A DNA stretch of 64,000 nt from a virus. A program made the position numbers and the translations under genes. Positions within the stretch are counted from its first letter, which is position 1, and each line of letters begins with the position of its first letter. This document shows, piece after piece, positions 33,624 to 44,645 of this stretch. A model generated the notes under the pieces. It was not told the DNA's origin. It worked only from the letters and a program-made list of their open reading frames with translations, and made no database searches. The stretch is taken from IMG/VR virus record IMGVR_UViG_3300045988_115450, positions 43,582 to 107,581 of that record; one strand, written 5' to 3'.

Positions 33624-35395
33624 CAGAGTACACAAAGACACGACAAATAAGACTTGACTCTACTAAGTCAAGAGAGGAACGCGTCTTCGAAGGTGTTGCT
33701 GCCTGGGCGGCTTTCTACCGAGCTAACCCACACAGATTCGCAAAAGACTACCTGGGTATTAGCCTGAAGCCATTTCAACAAATACTTATGGTCGAGATGG
33801 ATCAATGTAACTATACTGCCTATATTGCAGCGAGAGGGCAAGGCAAGAGTTTTCTTATTTCTCTTTACTGCTGTGTGCGGTGTATCTTGTACCCCGGCAC
33901 AAAAGTCTGCGTTGCTGCTGGGCGTAGATCTCAGAGTATCAATATTCTGGAGTACATTCAGAATCAGTTTATGGTAAACTCGCCAGGGCTGAAACGCGAG
34001 ATTAAGACTATCACGACAGCTCCTAACAACCCTATTTGTATCTTTGAAAACGGGTCAACGATTAAGGTTGTAACTGCTAGTGATACAGCTCGTGGCAACA
34101 GAGCGAACATTATTATCTGTGATGAGTTTAGAATGATCCCTGAATCAGCCATCAATGAGGTGCTAAGGAGATTTCTTTCTGACGAACGTCATCCACCGTA
34201 TATTGATAATCCAAAGTATGCTCATATTAAAGAAAGAAATAAAGAAATCTATTTGACTTCTGCCTGGTTTAAAGATCATTGGTCATACAAGAAGGTCGAA
34301 GATTTTTACGCTAAGATGGTACAAGCTGGGCCGTACTTTGTATGTGGTCTTCCCTATCAGCTTTCAATTAAAGAGGGGTTGTATAGCGCAGAACAGGCGA
34401 TAGAAGAAATGTCCGAAGCGACATTTAATGAATCCCAATGGGCGAGGGAAATGGAATGTTGCTGGACGGGCGACGTTGAAGGTTCGTTCTTCAACTATGA
34501 GGCAATCAATCGCACGCGACGTCTGAAGTTCCCGATGCTGCCATCCTATGCCTTGCCTGGAAAACTGGCTGCCAAGGATATGGGGATCGTGAACAAACAG
34601 GTAGATGAGATAAGAATAATATCTGTTGACGTCGCTTTGATGAGTTCTACGAAAAAGTCAGAGAACGACGCGACGGCGATCTTTGTGAATCGAATGACGC
34701 CCAATACGCATGGTCGTTACTATAGCAATATCGTTTATACGGAGTCGCATGAAGGCGAGACGACGCAAAGACAGGCGTTACGTATTCGGAGATTGTACGA
34801 AGAATACTCAGCAGACTATATTGTGATTGACGGCAAAGGCGTCGGCGCTGGTGTGGTTGACTTGTTGCTGGACGATATATATGATCCTGACACAGGCGAA
34901 ACATATGGTGCTCTGTCCTGCTATAACAATCCTGACCTTGCTGCTAGGTGTACCGACATGGATGCACCAAAAGCTCTGTGGGTAATAAATAATCAGACTG
35001 CACGCTTCAATTCGGAGTGTGCTTTTTCTTTGAGAGAAGGGTTCCGGTCTGGTAAAATTCGCTTGCTTGCAAACGAATATGATGCGGAAGATTATCTCTC
35101 TGAAGTACGTGGTTGGGGGTCCATCAACCCGGTCGAGAAGACTGCGGTTCGACTTCCGTATGTGGACACTACGTACCTGGTTGACGAAATTATTAACTTG
35201 AAATACGAAGACACTCAATCAGGTGTAAAGGTATACGAAAAATCCGGTTATCGAAAAGACCGGTACTCATCCCTTTCATATAACTACTGGGTTGCGTGTC
35301 AATTAGAAGATAAGTCGCGTATAAAGAGAAAGTCCAATATAGACATCTCTGAATTGTTGCGATGCCAAAGAGCACCTAGACTCAGAAGGAGGTGA
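33620..35395 (+). CDS. terL: Terminase large subunit
   Basis: Walker A-like ARGQGKS, Walker B IIICDEF, C-terminal nuclease-size domain. Located next to the portal gene. Confidence 0.85.
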   Translation: MTEYTKTRQIRLDSTKSREERVFEGVAAWAAFYRANPHRFAKDYLGISLKPFQQILMVEMDQCNYTAYIAARGQGKSFLISLYCCVRCILYPGTKVCVAAGRRSQSINILEYIQNQFMVNSPGLKREIKTITTAPNNPICIFENGSTIKVVTASDTARGNRANIIICDEFRMIPESAINEVLRRFLSDERHPPYIDNPKYAHIKERNKEIYLTSAWFKDHWSYKKVEDFYAKMVQAGPYFVCGLPYQLSIKEGLYSAEQAIEEMSEATFNESQWAREMECCWTGDVEGSFFNYEAINRTRRLKFPMLPSYALPGKLAAKDMGIVNKQVDEIRIISVDVALMSSTKKSENDATAIFVNRMTPNTHGRYYSNIVYTESHEGETTQRQALRIRRLYEEYSADYIVIDGKGVGAGVVDLLLDDIYDPDTGETYGALSCYNNPDLAARCTDMDAPKALWVINNQTARFNSECAFSLREGFRSGKIRLLANEYDAEDYLSEVRGWGSINPVEKTAVRLPYVDTTYLVDEIINLKYEDTQSGVKVYEKSGYRKDRYSSLSYNYWVACQLEDKSRIKRKSNIDISELLRCQRAPRLRRR

Positions 35396-35401
35396 GTTGT
35401 T

Positions 35402-36901
35402 ATGGGCGAAAAGTTTGTACTAGATAGTACACCAGACGAGAAATCTAAACAGGAGTTTGCTCTCAAAGATACATTCAGAATGCCAGAACGGTTTAAAGTC
35501 TTGAATCGGTTGGTTATGCGAGATTTGAATCGGCGAGATTATAGACCCACATTTAAGAAATACACCAAGGAACAGATTCTAGACTTCTTAGAAGATCCTT
35601 ATACTCATGAGAAGCAGCTGCGGGATGCCTGCATCAATATGTATGGCGTTAGTTCTTACTTCCGTCGTCTCATTCAATACTTTACTATGTTGAACGACTT
35701 GGCTTATGTTGTGTCGCCGTTTGGTATGGATATATCAAAAGAAAATAAGACAAGTGTGAAGCGTAACTTCAATAAGGTTCTTAAAGTAATGGAAGCGTTC
35801 AATGTAAAGTCGCAGTTTAGAAAGATCCTTACAGTGTGCTTTAGAGAAGATGTTTATTATGGTACGCTATGGGTTACGCAAGACAACATCACAATTCAAA
35901 GGCTACCGTCTGATTACTGTCGAATTTCTTCAATAGAAGGCAACGTCTATAATGTAAGTTTCGACTTTACGTATTTTGCGACATACCCGGACAGGCTTCA
36001 ATTCTTCCCAGAAGAGTTTCGTGTAAAATACGACGAGTACAAGAAGCGTTCTCTCGATAGATGGATTGATCTGGATTGCCCAACGTCTTTTGCTATCAAA
36101 TGCACAAATGATATTGACTCTTATGCCCTCCCCCCATTCATTGGTATTATGCCTGAGATATATGACCTGGAGAGTTATAAAGAACTTAAGCTCACTAAGA
36201 CGGAGCTAGAGAATTATGCAATCTTGGTTATGAAGCTTGGCCTTACCTCTGATGGTCAATGGCAGATGGATTTTGATAAGGCGAGAGAGTTCTGGATGAA
36301 CCTTGACGACGTTCTGCCTGATGCAGTTGGTTCGGTCTTAACTCCGATGACAGTTGACAAGATTTCCTTTGAAAAATCTTCTAGTACAGATTCAAATGCT
36401 GTAGCTGATGCAATCAGCTCGCTGTTTGATTCCGCAGGCGTCTCTTCCCTGCTGTTTAATAACAGTAGCAAGTCATCTAGTAATGCCCTGCTGCTCTCTA
36501 TCAAAGCCGACCAAGGTATTACTTATGGCGTTGTGAAGAGTATTGAGGATATGGTCAACCGGTACATCCAGTCATTGAATTTTGGTAAGAAGTTTAGAAT
36601 TACGTTCCTAGATTCTTCTCCGTTTAACAGAGACGAACTGGGTAATCAGTATCTCAAGATGTGCCAGGTTGGTATGCCTATGGTGTCTTATCTAGCCGCA
36701 ACGTATGGTATGCCACAAGCAGACATGAACTGTCTCAACTATCTTGAGGATGATATCTTGGATATTAAGAATCGCTTTATGCCTCTTCGCTCTACAAACA
36801 CTATGAGTTCTGATTCGTTGGCGGAAGCCGGTCGTCCGGAAGCGTCCGCACAAGAACTTAGCGACAGCGGAGAAATCTCGCAAGAGAGAGACGAAGATTA
36901 A
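35402..36901 (+). CDS. Portal protein
   Basis: 499 aa directly after terL, with an acidic C-terminus. Confidence 0.7.
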   Translation: MGEKFVLDSTPDEKSKQEFALKDTFRMPERFKVLNRLVMRDLNRRDYRPTFKKYTKEQILDFLEDPYTHEKQLRDACINMYGVSSYFRRLIQYFTMLNDLAYVVSPFGMDISKENKTSVKRNFNKVLKVMEAFNVKSQFRKILTVCFREDVYYGTLWVTQDNITIQRLPSDYCRISSIEGNVYNVSFDFTYFATYPDRLQFFPEEFRVKYDEYKKRSLDRWIDLDCPTSFAIKCTNDIDSYALPPFIGIMPEIYDLESYKELKLTKTELENYAILVMKLGLTSDGQWQMDFDKAREFWMNLDDVLPDAVGSVLTPMTVDKISFEKSSSTDSNAVADAISSLFDSAGVSSLLFNNSSKSSSNALLLSIKADQGITYGVVKSIEDMVNRYIQSLNFGKKFRITFLDSSPFNRDELGNQYLKMCQVGMPMVSYLAATYGMPQADMNCLNYLEDDILDIKNRFMPLRSTNTMSSDSLAEAGRPEASAQELSDSGEISQERDED

Positions 36902-37119
36902 AAAATGAAATATATTTATGTGTTCGCCGAGGCCGACAGGGACAAGCTGTTGGATCTCGGTTTTTTGCTATTAGGGCAAAAAGACAATGCGTCATCATGG
37001 GCGTTTGTAGATAAGACGGGAATAAGCATTGATTTAGATAGTGTACTTTCTTCTTATGTGACGTCCAATGTTTTGATGTTTTAATATACAACACCTAGCA
37101 GCAAGGAGGTGAGAAAAGA

Positions 37120-38535
37120 ATGAATGACAAGAATGTAAGACTTGTTTTCAACTCTGCACTAAAGAACATCATGTCATGCAATGAATCGTTTGACCAGGGT
37201 GTCCTGCGCATTGCTTACCACGGGGAAAACCGCAATGGTTCCTATATCAGCAAAGAAGTGTTTGAGAAGTGCTTGCCGTCTATGTACAATGTTCCGGTTG
37301 TCGCTAACTACATGCGAGACGACGACATGATTGGCGGGCATGATATTGAAATTGTTCGTAAAGATAATTTCCCAAAGATGGTAAACATCACTCACCCCGT
37401 TGGTGTTGTCCCTGAGTCGGCAAGTAATTGGTGGGAGTTGGTCACAGAAGAAGATGGAGCTATCCACGAATATTTGTGTACCGATGTTCTGCTTTGGAAG
37501 CGGCAAGAGGCGTATGAAAAGATTGTTAGTGACGGCATTGTGTATGAGTCTATGGAGATCAAAGTAAAAGAAGATCACCTAGATAATGGCATGTACGTAA
37601 TTGACGACTTTGAGTTTTTAGCGTTTTGCCTGCTTGGAAATTGCGAGCCTTGTTTTGAATCTGCGTCCCTTGCTACTTTCAGCTCTGACGCGTTCACATC
37701 CGAGCTATATGCAATGCTCGAAGAAGTGCCTATGGCAACTAGAAATTATTTAGAAGGGGTGACAAACAAGTTGGTTAATAAAAAGCTAAAGCTGGTCGAG
37801 AAGTACGGACTAACCCTGGATGATTTGGATTTTGAGCTGGCCGCTTACACCATTGATGAAGTAGAAGATAAGCTGGCTGCAATCAGAGAACGCCTTGGTG
37901 TATCTCAAATTGATGAAGAAGATCCTGTCGTGACTCCTCCGGAAGAAGAGAATCCTGACACTCCTGCTCCTCCCTCCTCAAATACTCCAGCTGAAGAAAA
38001 CCCGACTGAACCTGGCACTGGCCCTGACGCAGACGAATCTCAAGACTCTGGGCAGGACGACAATCAGGAAGACGTCGAGGAACATTCTTTGGAAGAAGAT
38101 CGGACGGGTCACGCAAAGGATGATCCAGAGGATAAGGAAGATAAGAAGCCTCAAGACAATGACGATGAGTTTGCTTGCGGCGAAGACGAAAAGAAAACGT
38201 CTTGCGCTATTTCTGAAGAAGACTTTGCTCTGTTAAAGAAAGAGCTTAAAGAACTTAGAGAATTCAAAAATCAGATTCTATCAGAAAAGAAAGCAGAATT
38301 GTTCAGTATGTTCTCTGACCTTGAATCAAATGAAGATTTCAAGGATCTAAAAAATAATGCGGACAAGTATGACCTTACCGCAATTGAAGAGAAGTGTTTC
38401 GCCATTCGTGGCCGAACTGCGACTTTCTCTATGAATCAAACCTACAAAAAGGCACCTGTGCTACCGGTGCTCGATCATGAACCCACCTATGAACCTTACG
38501 GTGGTGTTGTAAAGAAATACCTACATAACAAATAA
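37120..38535 (+). CDS. Scaffolding / prohead-protease-like protein
   Basis: Sits between the portal and capsid genes. Has an acidic low-complexity centre and a coiled-coil C-terminus. Confidence 0.5.
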   Translation: MNDKNVRLVFNSALKNIMSCNESFDQGVLRIAYHGENRNGSYISKEVFEKCLPSMYNVPVVANYMRDDDMIGGHDIEIVRKDNFPKMVNITHPVGVVPESASNWWELVTEEDGAIHEYLCTDVLLWKRQEAYEKIVSDGIVYESMEIKVKEDHLDNGMYVIDDFEFLAFCLLGNCEPCFESASLATFSSDAFTSELYAMLEEVPMATRNYLEGVTNKLVNKKLKLVEKYGLTLDDLDFELAAYTIDEVEDKLAAIRERLGVSQIDEEDPVVTPPEEENPDTPAPPSSNTPAEENPTEPGTGPDADESQDSGQDDNQEDVEEHSLEEDRTGHAKDDPEDKEDKKPQDNDDEFACGEDEKKTSCAISEEDFALLKKELKELREFKNQILSEKKAELFSMFSDLESNEDFKDLKNNADKYDLTAIEEKCFAIRGRTATFSMNQTYKKAPVLPVLDHEPTYEPYGGVVKKYLHNK

Positions 38536-38549
38536 GGAGGTAGACGAAA

Positions 38550-39050
38550 TTGGCCTACACTGTATTCCGCTGTGATAATATGCCCGGCACCGATCAGCGC
38601 ACAATGGTTACTTCTGTTCTGGTGCGGGATGGCGATGGCAAGAACATCGCTGTTGAAAATGGTACTATCGTTGAGATTGGTGCTCTTGTTCCTGGTGAAC
38701 ATGACCTGTATTATGCAACTCTGGCAACCGCGACTTCTGATTTGAAGAAGTGTGCTGTGCTTGGCACTCCGGAAGTAATTTACGATGAGTGTACCTATAA
38801 GAACCTGGATGAATTTATTAACGAAGCTGGTAAGCCCGCCACCGCCTATAGACTAGGCTGTCCGGGCGTTTTTTCTGTCACCGCTGAAGGTTTTGTCGGC
38901 GGCACTGCTCCTACTGCTACAGCAGTCGCTGTGTCTCTGGGTGCTAATGGCAAGATTACCGCTCCCGCAGCTACCAGTGCAACTGCGCTTGGCAAGGTGA
39001 TTGCTATTGACAAGACTGCTCGTTATACATTCTACGCGATTGAAATGTAA
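38550..39050 (+). CDS. Head decoration-like / capsid accessory protein
   Basis: 166 aa. TTG start 8 nt after AGGAGG. Immediately precedes the major capsid gene. Confidence 0.45.
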   Translation: MAYTVFRCDNMPGTDQRTMVTSVLVRDGDGKNIAVENGTIVEIGALVPGEHDLYYATLATATSDLKKCAVLGTPEVIYDECTYKNLDEFINEAGKPATAYRLGCPGVFSVTAEGFVGGTAPTATAVAVSLGANGKITAPAATSATALGKVIAIDKTARYTFYAIEM

Positions 39051-39067
39051 GAAAGGAGGGTTCGAAA

Positions 39068-40072
39068 ATGAATGTTGATATGAACCTGGTTCAGTTGGCT
39101 GTTGAAACCTACAAGGGCCAGCCTCAAAAGTATTCCAAGGAACAGGGCTTGGAAGCTATGCGTAATGCCCTGATTGAAATTAACGGCGGTACTACTCTGG
39201 GCTATAAGCAGATGAGAGACGGTGCTCACAATGGTCTGTTTGCTCTGATTGAAGAAATTATTCCCCGTACTGTTGTTGAAGGTCTGCAGGGCGACGAGAT
39301 GTTTACCTCTCTGGTTGACTTCCGTAACGTCGCCGAGGGCGACGAGCCTACTTTTGTAGTAGAAGATGTAAACTGGTACGATGTTTCCACTGTGGCTCCT
39401 GGTGTCCGTGGCCTGCGTCGTCAGAGACTGGGCGGCGCTACTACTAAGACTATCCACACCGAAATGCACGGCGTCCGCATTTACGAGCCTCTGCGTAGAC
39501 TACTGGCTGGTCGCGTTGACTTTAACGAATTTATCAATAGAGTCGGCGAGTCTTATCGTCAGAAGGTCCTGAACGATATCTACACTTGCTGGGCTGGTCT
39601 GACTTCTGACGACCTGGACGGTACTGCCTTCTTCCCCGCTGCTGGCTCCTATGATGAGGGCACTGTGCTAGACGTTATTCAGCATGTTGAAGCTGCCTCC
39701 GGTAAGCAGGCGATCATCATGGGTACTATGAAGGCTCTGCGTAATCTTGCTCCCTCTATTCAGGGTCTGGAGTACAAGTCTGATATGTACAACATGGGCT
39801 ACGCTGGTAAGTTCTTTGGTACTCCTGTTATCAAGACTCCTCAGCGTCATAAGATCGGCACCCATGACTTCATCTTCCCCGACGACACTCTGCATATCAT
39901 TGCTACTGACTCTAAACCTATCAAGATGGTCTATGAAGGCAACAGCATTATCAAGCTGACTGACGCTCTGGATAATGCAGATATGACTCAGGAGTATGAG
40001 TTCTACGATATGTACGGCATGGGCGTTGTGACTTCTTGCAACGACGGCATTGGCCGTATTCAGTTCTCCTAA
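39068..40072 (+). CDS. Major capsid protein
   Basis: 334 aa with highly expressed-type codon usage, a strong RBS and a strong downstream terminator. Position within the head module. Confidence 0.7.
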   Translation: MNVDMNLVQLAVETYKGQPQKYSKEQGLEAMRNALIEINGGTTLGYKQMRDGAHNGLFALIEEIIPRTVVEGLQGDEMFTSLVDFRNVAEGDEPTFVVEDVNWYDVSTVAPGVRGLRRQRLGGATTKTIHTEMHGVRIYEPLRRLLAGRVDFNEFINRVGESYRQKVLNDIYTCWAGLTSDDLDGTAFFPAAGSYDEGTVLDVIQHVEAASGKQAIIMGTMKALRNLAPSIQGLEYKSDMYNMGYAGKFFGTPVIKTPQRHKIGTHDFIFPDDTLHIIATDSKPIKMVYEGNSIIKLTDALDNADMTQEYEFYDMYGMGVVTSCNDGIGRIQFS

Positions 40073-40087
40073 TTGGTAACTATTTTT

Positions 40088-40114
40088 AGCCGCCCCTTTT
40101 CAGGGGCGGCTTTT
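40088..40114 (+). terminator. Rho-independent terminator
   Basis: AGCCGCCCC-ttttc-AGGGGCGGCT followed by TTT. Confidence 0.8.
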
Positions 40115-40134
40115 AGGAAAGAAAGGATTTTAAA

Positions 40135-40716
40135 ATGGCAGCAAGCAAAACAAGTGTAAAGAAGGGTGCGCTAACCGGAACTCCCGTGGCCAGCGCAAAA
40201 GCGCCGGAAGAAACTACGGCAGCTACCGAAATAGCGACCGGAAAAAAGAAGCCTTCAAAGCCGAAGGTTCGAAAGGCGATCGACCCGAATCTTTACGTGA
40301 GCGTTAAAAATGGTTTTCACGGATCTTTGTTTTACAAAGACACAACGACCGGCGAGGAACATAGATGGTCTGAGTTCGGTGACGAAATCGAAATGACCTT
40401 CGGTTCACTGCAAAGAGCGAGAAGTGCTCAGCGTAAGTTCTTTACGGAAAACTGGTGGTTGATTGACGACCAAGAAGTGCTGGAGGCTCTGAACGCTACA
40501 CAGTATTACAAGAACGCTTTGACCTATGAAGACTTTGAGGATCTGTTTTCTCTGAAAGCAAATGAGGTCAAAGACAAAGTGTCTGGTCTGTCTCGCGGTC
40601 AGAAGCGCGGGGTCGTCTATGTCGCAAAGCAAAAGATTGAAGATGGTGAACTAGCAGACCTTAATGTTATTAGAGCTTTGGAAGAAGCACTAGGCACCGA
40701 ACTGATTTATAAGTGA
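40135..40716 (+). CDS. Hypothetical head-associated protein
   Basis: 193 aa ORF with a basic N-terminus. Confidence 0.6.
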   Translation: MAASKTSVKKGALTGTPVASAKAPEETTAATEIATGKKKPSKPKVRKAIDPNLYVSVKNGFHGSLFYKDTTTGEEHRWSEFGDEIEMTFGSLQRARSAQRKFFTENWWLIDDQEVLEALNATQYYKNALTYEDFEDLFSLKANEVKDKVSGLSRGQKRGVVYVAKQKIEDGELADLNVIRALEEALGTELIYK

Positions 40717-40725
40717 GGTTAACTT

Positions 40726-41229
40726 ATGGCTACTTCATTCGATGTGTTTACCGGGGCGTTCTTGAACAAAATCACATCGTATGATTATGTTAACATGGAA
40801 GAAGAAGTGTTCAACGAACAAGCTGACCAATTTCTTTTTTCAGCCTGCTCCGAGTTTGAAAATATTTTTCGGCGACGCACCGGTCTGTCATTCTCTGACA
40901 AGGATTTGGAGGCCCGGCAATTCAACTGGGATCTCCCGGTGTGTATCACTGAATATCATGATAAACGTCTTGATGATTATATCACCTCTGATGAGGTGGT
41001 TGATATTATTTCCGAAGGAATGCTGCTCAAATGGTTGAGTGGCTTTTTGTTTAGCGGGGATCACTTTGTCTTAGGCAACTTCCTAAAGACAAAAGACTTC
41101 TCTCCGTATTCTCCTTCTAACTTCATCAGTAATATGCAAGGTCTTTACTCCACAACAAAGTCAAATTATAAGAACATGATTAACGAGTTTTCTTATAATC
41201 ATGGTGCGCTGCACAAACTGCATATGTGA
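40726..41229 (+). CDS. Head-tail connector candidate
   Basis: Assigned by position only. Confidence 0.45.
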   Translation: MATSFDVFTGAFLNKITSYDYVNMEEEVFNEQADQFLFSACSEFENIFRRRTGLSFSDKDLEARQFNWDLPVCITEYHDKRLDDYITSDEVVDIISEGMLLKWLSGFLFSGDHFVLGNFLKTKDFSPYSPSNFISNMQGLYSTTKSNYKNMINEFSYNHGALHKLHM

Positions 41230-41242
41230 GCGGGGGTGTTTT

Positions 41243-41560
41243 ATGATACCGGATGCTATGATGCAGAAATATTTTGAACGAACTGTAGGGAAGCTGTATA
41301 AGATCTTGCCGCTAAAAGAATGTGAGGAGGAAACTCTAAAAGAATACTTAGATACCTTGTTGACAGAACTTGTCGGTGTTGAATTGCTAGACAATCTGTC
41401 TTCACAGCCATACTACATGAGTATTATTGGAATCGTGTCTTACCTGTCTGACAATATATCAGACTGCTCAGTAAAGAAAGTAAAGAAGAATGTTTTTCGA
41501 GCGATTGACCTGTGCAAGAAGCTAGAGGCGTCGTATAAGGGTGGTGGTGTTATTGAGTAG
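41243..41560 (+). CDS. Head-tail adaptor candidate
   Basis: Start at MIPDAMMQKYF. Assigned by position. Confidence 0.45.
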   Translation: MIPDAMMQKYFERTVGKLYKILPLKECEEETLKEYLDTLLTELVGVELLDNLSSQPYYMSIIGIVSYLSDNISDCSVKKVKKNVFRAIDLCKKLEASYKGGGVIE

Positions 41561-42545
41561 TTTAAGCAATTACAAGCGCCGTCTATCCTATTTAAAAGAC
41601 CCTCCAAGAGAGCGTTGGTTAAAGAATACGCAGAGCTGGATTAACAGTAAACTGCCAAACTCGTTGTCATTTCAGACTGCGGTTATTGATGGAGAAGAAC
41701 GTAAGTGCGCTATTACCAGCACACAAAAGCTCAGGGAAAAAAACATTCATACTATGCCTGGCGAGACAATCTTTGCTGGTACATATGTAGAGTGGGCTAA
41801 CAGTGTCTGGCTTATTACGTCCGTTGATGAATACAGCGAAGTGTATCAGACAGGGTTAATGGTACAGTGTAACTATAACCTGAAATGGGTTAACCCAAGC
41901 GGCGAAGTAGTATCTCGTATGGTCATCGCTATCGACGGCACGAAGTATCTGACCGGCGAATACTCCCAGCAGTTTGTCACTGTTGGTGACGCCAGAATGC
42001 AGGTCACGATGCCGAGAGATGACGAGACTGCTTTGATAGATCGCGATGACAGGTTCTTGATTGATGACCCGAAAGCGGAAGATATTCAGGCGTTTGAAGT
42101 TACTAAGCTAAATAGAGCTAGTAGCGTTTATAACGGACATGGTATCTATGTTCATATGCTGGTTGAGAGTCCGCGTAATGACGAAGTTGATAATTACGAT
42201 CTAATGATTGCTAATTATTACGACCGAATTAAAAAGCCTGACGCACCTAAGCCGGATCCGACAAAAGACCATATTGAGATTATTGGTCTTAATAATGAGT
42301 TTGTTTATACTGGTTCCAAGAACTCTTTTGTTGCTTACGTTTATATTGACGGAGAGATTGTAAATGAACAGGTTACGTATTCTGTTAATTGCGAGTCAAA
42401 TGTTGCGTCGGTAGCGCTAACAGGTGATCAATCTATCCTGTCTGTTGGTAAGAATAGAAGTAATATAGGTAAGAAGTTTGTTCTGACTATCACATATGGT
42501 GAGTTAGAAACAAAGAAAGAATTTACAGTAAAGGGGTGGTCATAA
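41541..42545 (+). CDS. Structural protein, unknown role
   Basis: 334 aa ORF. The start is uncertain. Confidence 0.55.
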   Translation: MVVLLSSLSNYKRRLSYLKDPPRERWLKNTQSWINSKLPNSLSFQTAVIDGEERKCAITSTQKLREKNIHTMPGETIFAGTYVEWANSVWLITSVDEYSEVYQTGLMVQCNYNLKWVNPSGEVVSRMVIAIDGTKYLTGEYSQQFVTVGDARMQVTMPRDDETALIDRDDRFLIDDPKAEDIQAFEVTKLNRASSVYNGHGIYVHMLVESPRNDEVDNYDLMIANYYDRIKKPDAPKPDPTKDHIEIIGLNNEFVYTGSKNSFVAYVYIDGEIVNEQVTYSVNCESNVASVALTGDQSILSVGKNRSNIGKKFVLTITYGELETKKEFTVKGWS

Positions 42546-43033
42546 TGGGTTTATTGTATCCAGCACGTGTGTGCAAAGACAAAGCGATTGAGTGTATCCT
42601 GTCTTCTCAAAAGATTGTTGACCTGCTTGGCGACGATGAATTTAAGACTGCCCCAGCTCCTGGCCTTCTGTACAAGAAGGTCTTTCCTTTTGCTCGTATT
42701 CCTGAGACGATCGATATCGCGGCTCCATACATTTGCTGCGAGACGAACATCACAAATATCAGCAGCGACACTGTGTGTGACGTCGAACTTATGATTTTTG
42801 TTACCTGCCATACAAGCATGATACAAGGTGAATTTGGAACTCTTGTCGATATGATTGCTGATGAGATTGACAACGAGATCAATCATAAACACGGGTTTGG
42901 TATCGGGAAGGTAACACCTTCAGAGCGATACCCAGTCGGATATGTTCTGCCGAACTACAACTATATCACGAGAAAGGTAGTGTACCTGTTTAAAGATTTC
43001 AACTTTAGACACGGGGCAAAAAATTATGGTTGA
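42545..43033 (+). CDS. Tail-completion/neck candidate
   Basis: ATG after AAGGGGTGG. Confidence 0.5.
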   Translation: MGLLYPARVCKDKAIECILSSQKIVDLLGDDEFKTAPAPGLLYKKVFPFARIPETIDIAAPYICCETNITNISSDTVCDVELMIFVTCHTSMIQGEFGTLVDMIADEIDNEINHKHGFGIGKVTPSERYPVGYVLPNYNYITRKVVYLFKDFNFRHGAKNYG

Positions 43034-43775
43034 TTCCTTTACAAAACTGGAGCTGAACTATACAGGATCTTTGCCGGTAAAAGGGGTTGGTCACATACGC
43101 TGCCCTACTACCAATGAGATCGTGGAGGCTGGCGGTGAGGACGTATACAACTGGCGAATCGGTATGCTTTTATATACGAAGTCTCAACTAGCAGATAACT
43201 TAAACATAGAGTTAACACCGGATGTCGTAGAAGAGTTAAACTCCACTCCCCTCTTTTTGTTCTTAGTTGCGCAACAAGATTTTCGTAATGCAATTACAGA
43301 AGCGTTGTCATTCTTTCTAGATGAACGTCTTGTGTTTGATGAGCCGTCGGCGTCTTTTCTGACGTTACGTCCAGGCGTAGATGATATTGTCGGGAATATC
43401 AATTGCAGCAACTATGAGCAGGTGCGAGATTTAATTTTGCAACGTAATTATATGTCTCCTCCAAAAGAAGGGGTTGTTAAAAAGAAGAGTAAGAAAGAGC
43501 TAGAACGTGAAGCAAAGATAGCGGCAGGTAGAAAGAGATCCAAGAAATATAAGGACAGGCAGGATGCTATGCGGCTAGACAACGTTACATCTAAGTTAGC
43601 AGCAAGATCACACTCGATGAACATTCAAGACGTTTACAACTTAACAGTGTATCAACTGTACGATCAATTTAATGAAATCAACATGTCCCTACAGATTGAC
43701 ACCATCCTTACGCGCTGGAGCGTATGGGGCAAAGATGACTTTGACTTCTCTGTTTGGTGTCGCCCGAATGAGTGA
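43026..43775 (+). CDS. Structural protein, unknown role
   Basis: 249 aa ORF. Confidence 0.55.
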   Translation: MVDSFTKLELNYTGSLPVKGVGHIRCPTTNEIVEAGGEDVYNWRIGMLLYTKSQLADNLNIELTPDVVEELNSTPLFLFLVAQQDFRNAITEALSFFLDERLVFDEPSASFLTLRPGVDDIVGNINCSNYEQVRDLILQRNYMSPPKEGVVKKKSKKELEREAKIAAGRKRSKKYKDRQDAMRLDNVTSKLAARSHSMNIQDVYNLTVYQLYDQFNEINMSLQIDTILTRWSVWGKDDFDFSVWCRPNE

Positions 43776-43833
43776 CATTTGCTAACCGCCATAATGGCGG
43801 TTTTATTTTTATATTTAATAGGAGGAATAAAAC

Positions 43834-44574
43834 ATGGGCGTTCCTAAGATGGCGAACCGTGAGGTTTGCAACGTGCTTTTTTGTGAATATAAGACTAAGA
43901 AGCCTTTTCTGAATATGGACTATGCGAACGTGTCCACCGCCGAAATGACTGGTGAATCCGTTTATGCTTATGGTGGCTGGGGCCATCCCAAGCGTGTCAC
44001 TTTCTTCGGTGAACGTGGCGGCACTATCAGCTTTGAAACTCAGATCACTCCGTTCGATCTGTATTCTCTGATGACTGGTGGGGACATTGAGTCCGGCGCA
44101 AACTGGCTGAAGCGCGAAGTGGTTGCTGCAACTGAAGCTGGTAAGCTGACTGTTACCAGCAAGACTGCAACTACCGCAACTGTGTTTAAGGCTGATGATG
44201 ATTGTGGCACTGCAATCAGCGGCGCTCTGTCAAATGGCACCTTTACTGCTAGCGAGACTAGCGGCATTGCTATTGGCGATAAGTGCGTTGTTTATTACAT
44301 GGAAGAGCTGACTTCTGCACAAAAGATCTCTATCAAGTCTACCACCTTCCCCAAGTATTTCACTGCTTACATGGAAACTAAGGATAAGACTGAGGCCGGT
44401 GAAGATGTCTGGCTCCGTATGATTGCTTGGAAGTGCGCACCTCAGACTGACTTTACTCTGGAGATGTCTAACAACGGCGATCCCGCAAGCGTTACCATTA
44501 CCTGTGACCTGATGGTCGATACCGAAAACGATAACAACATCCTGGATATGATCATGCTGGACGAGAACGAATAA
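43834..44574 (+). CDS. Major tail (tube) protein candidate
   Basis: Strong RBS, terminator downstream, and position upstream of the chaperone/tape-measure genes. Confidence 0.55.
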   Translation: MGVPKMANREVCNVLFCEYKTKKPFLNMDYANVSTAEMTGESVYAYGGWGHPKRVTFFGERGGTISFETQITPFDLYSLMTGGDIESGANWLKREVVAATEAGKLTVTSKTATTATVFKADDDCGTAISGALSNGTFTASETSGIAIGDKCVVYYMEELTSAQKISIKSTTFPKYFTAYMETKDKTEAGEDVWLRMIAWKCAPQTDFTLEMSNNGDPASVTITCDLMVDTENDNNILDMIMLDENE

Positions 44575-44599
44575 TCGGATTCTATCCATACCTATTCTA

Positions 44600-44630
44600 G
44601 GGGTACGGAATACTCCGTACCCCTATTTTT
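44600..44630 (+). terminator. Rho-independent terminator
   Basis: GGGGTACGGA-atac-TCCGTACCCC followed by TATTTTT. Confidence 0.8.
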
Positions 44631-44645
44631 AACCTAGGAGGAAAT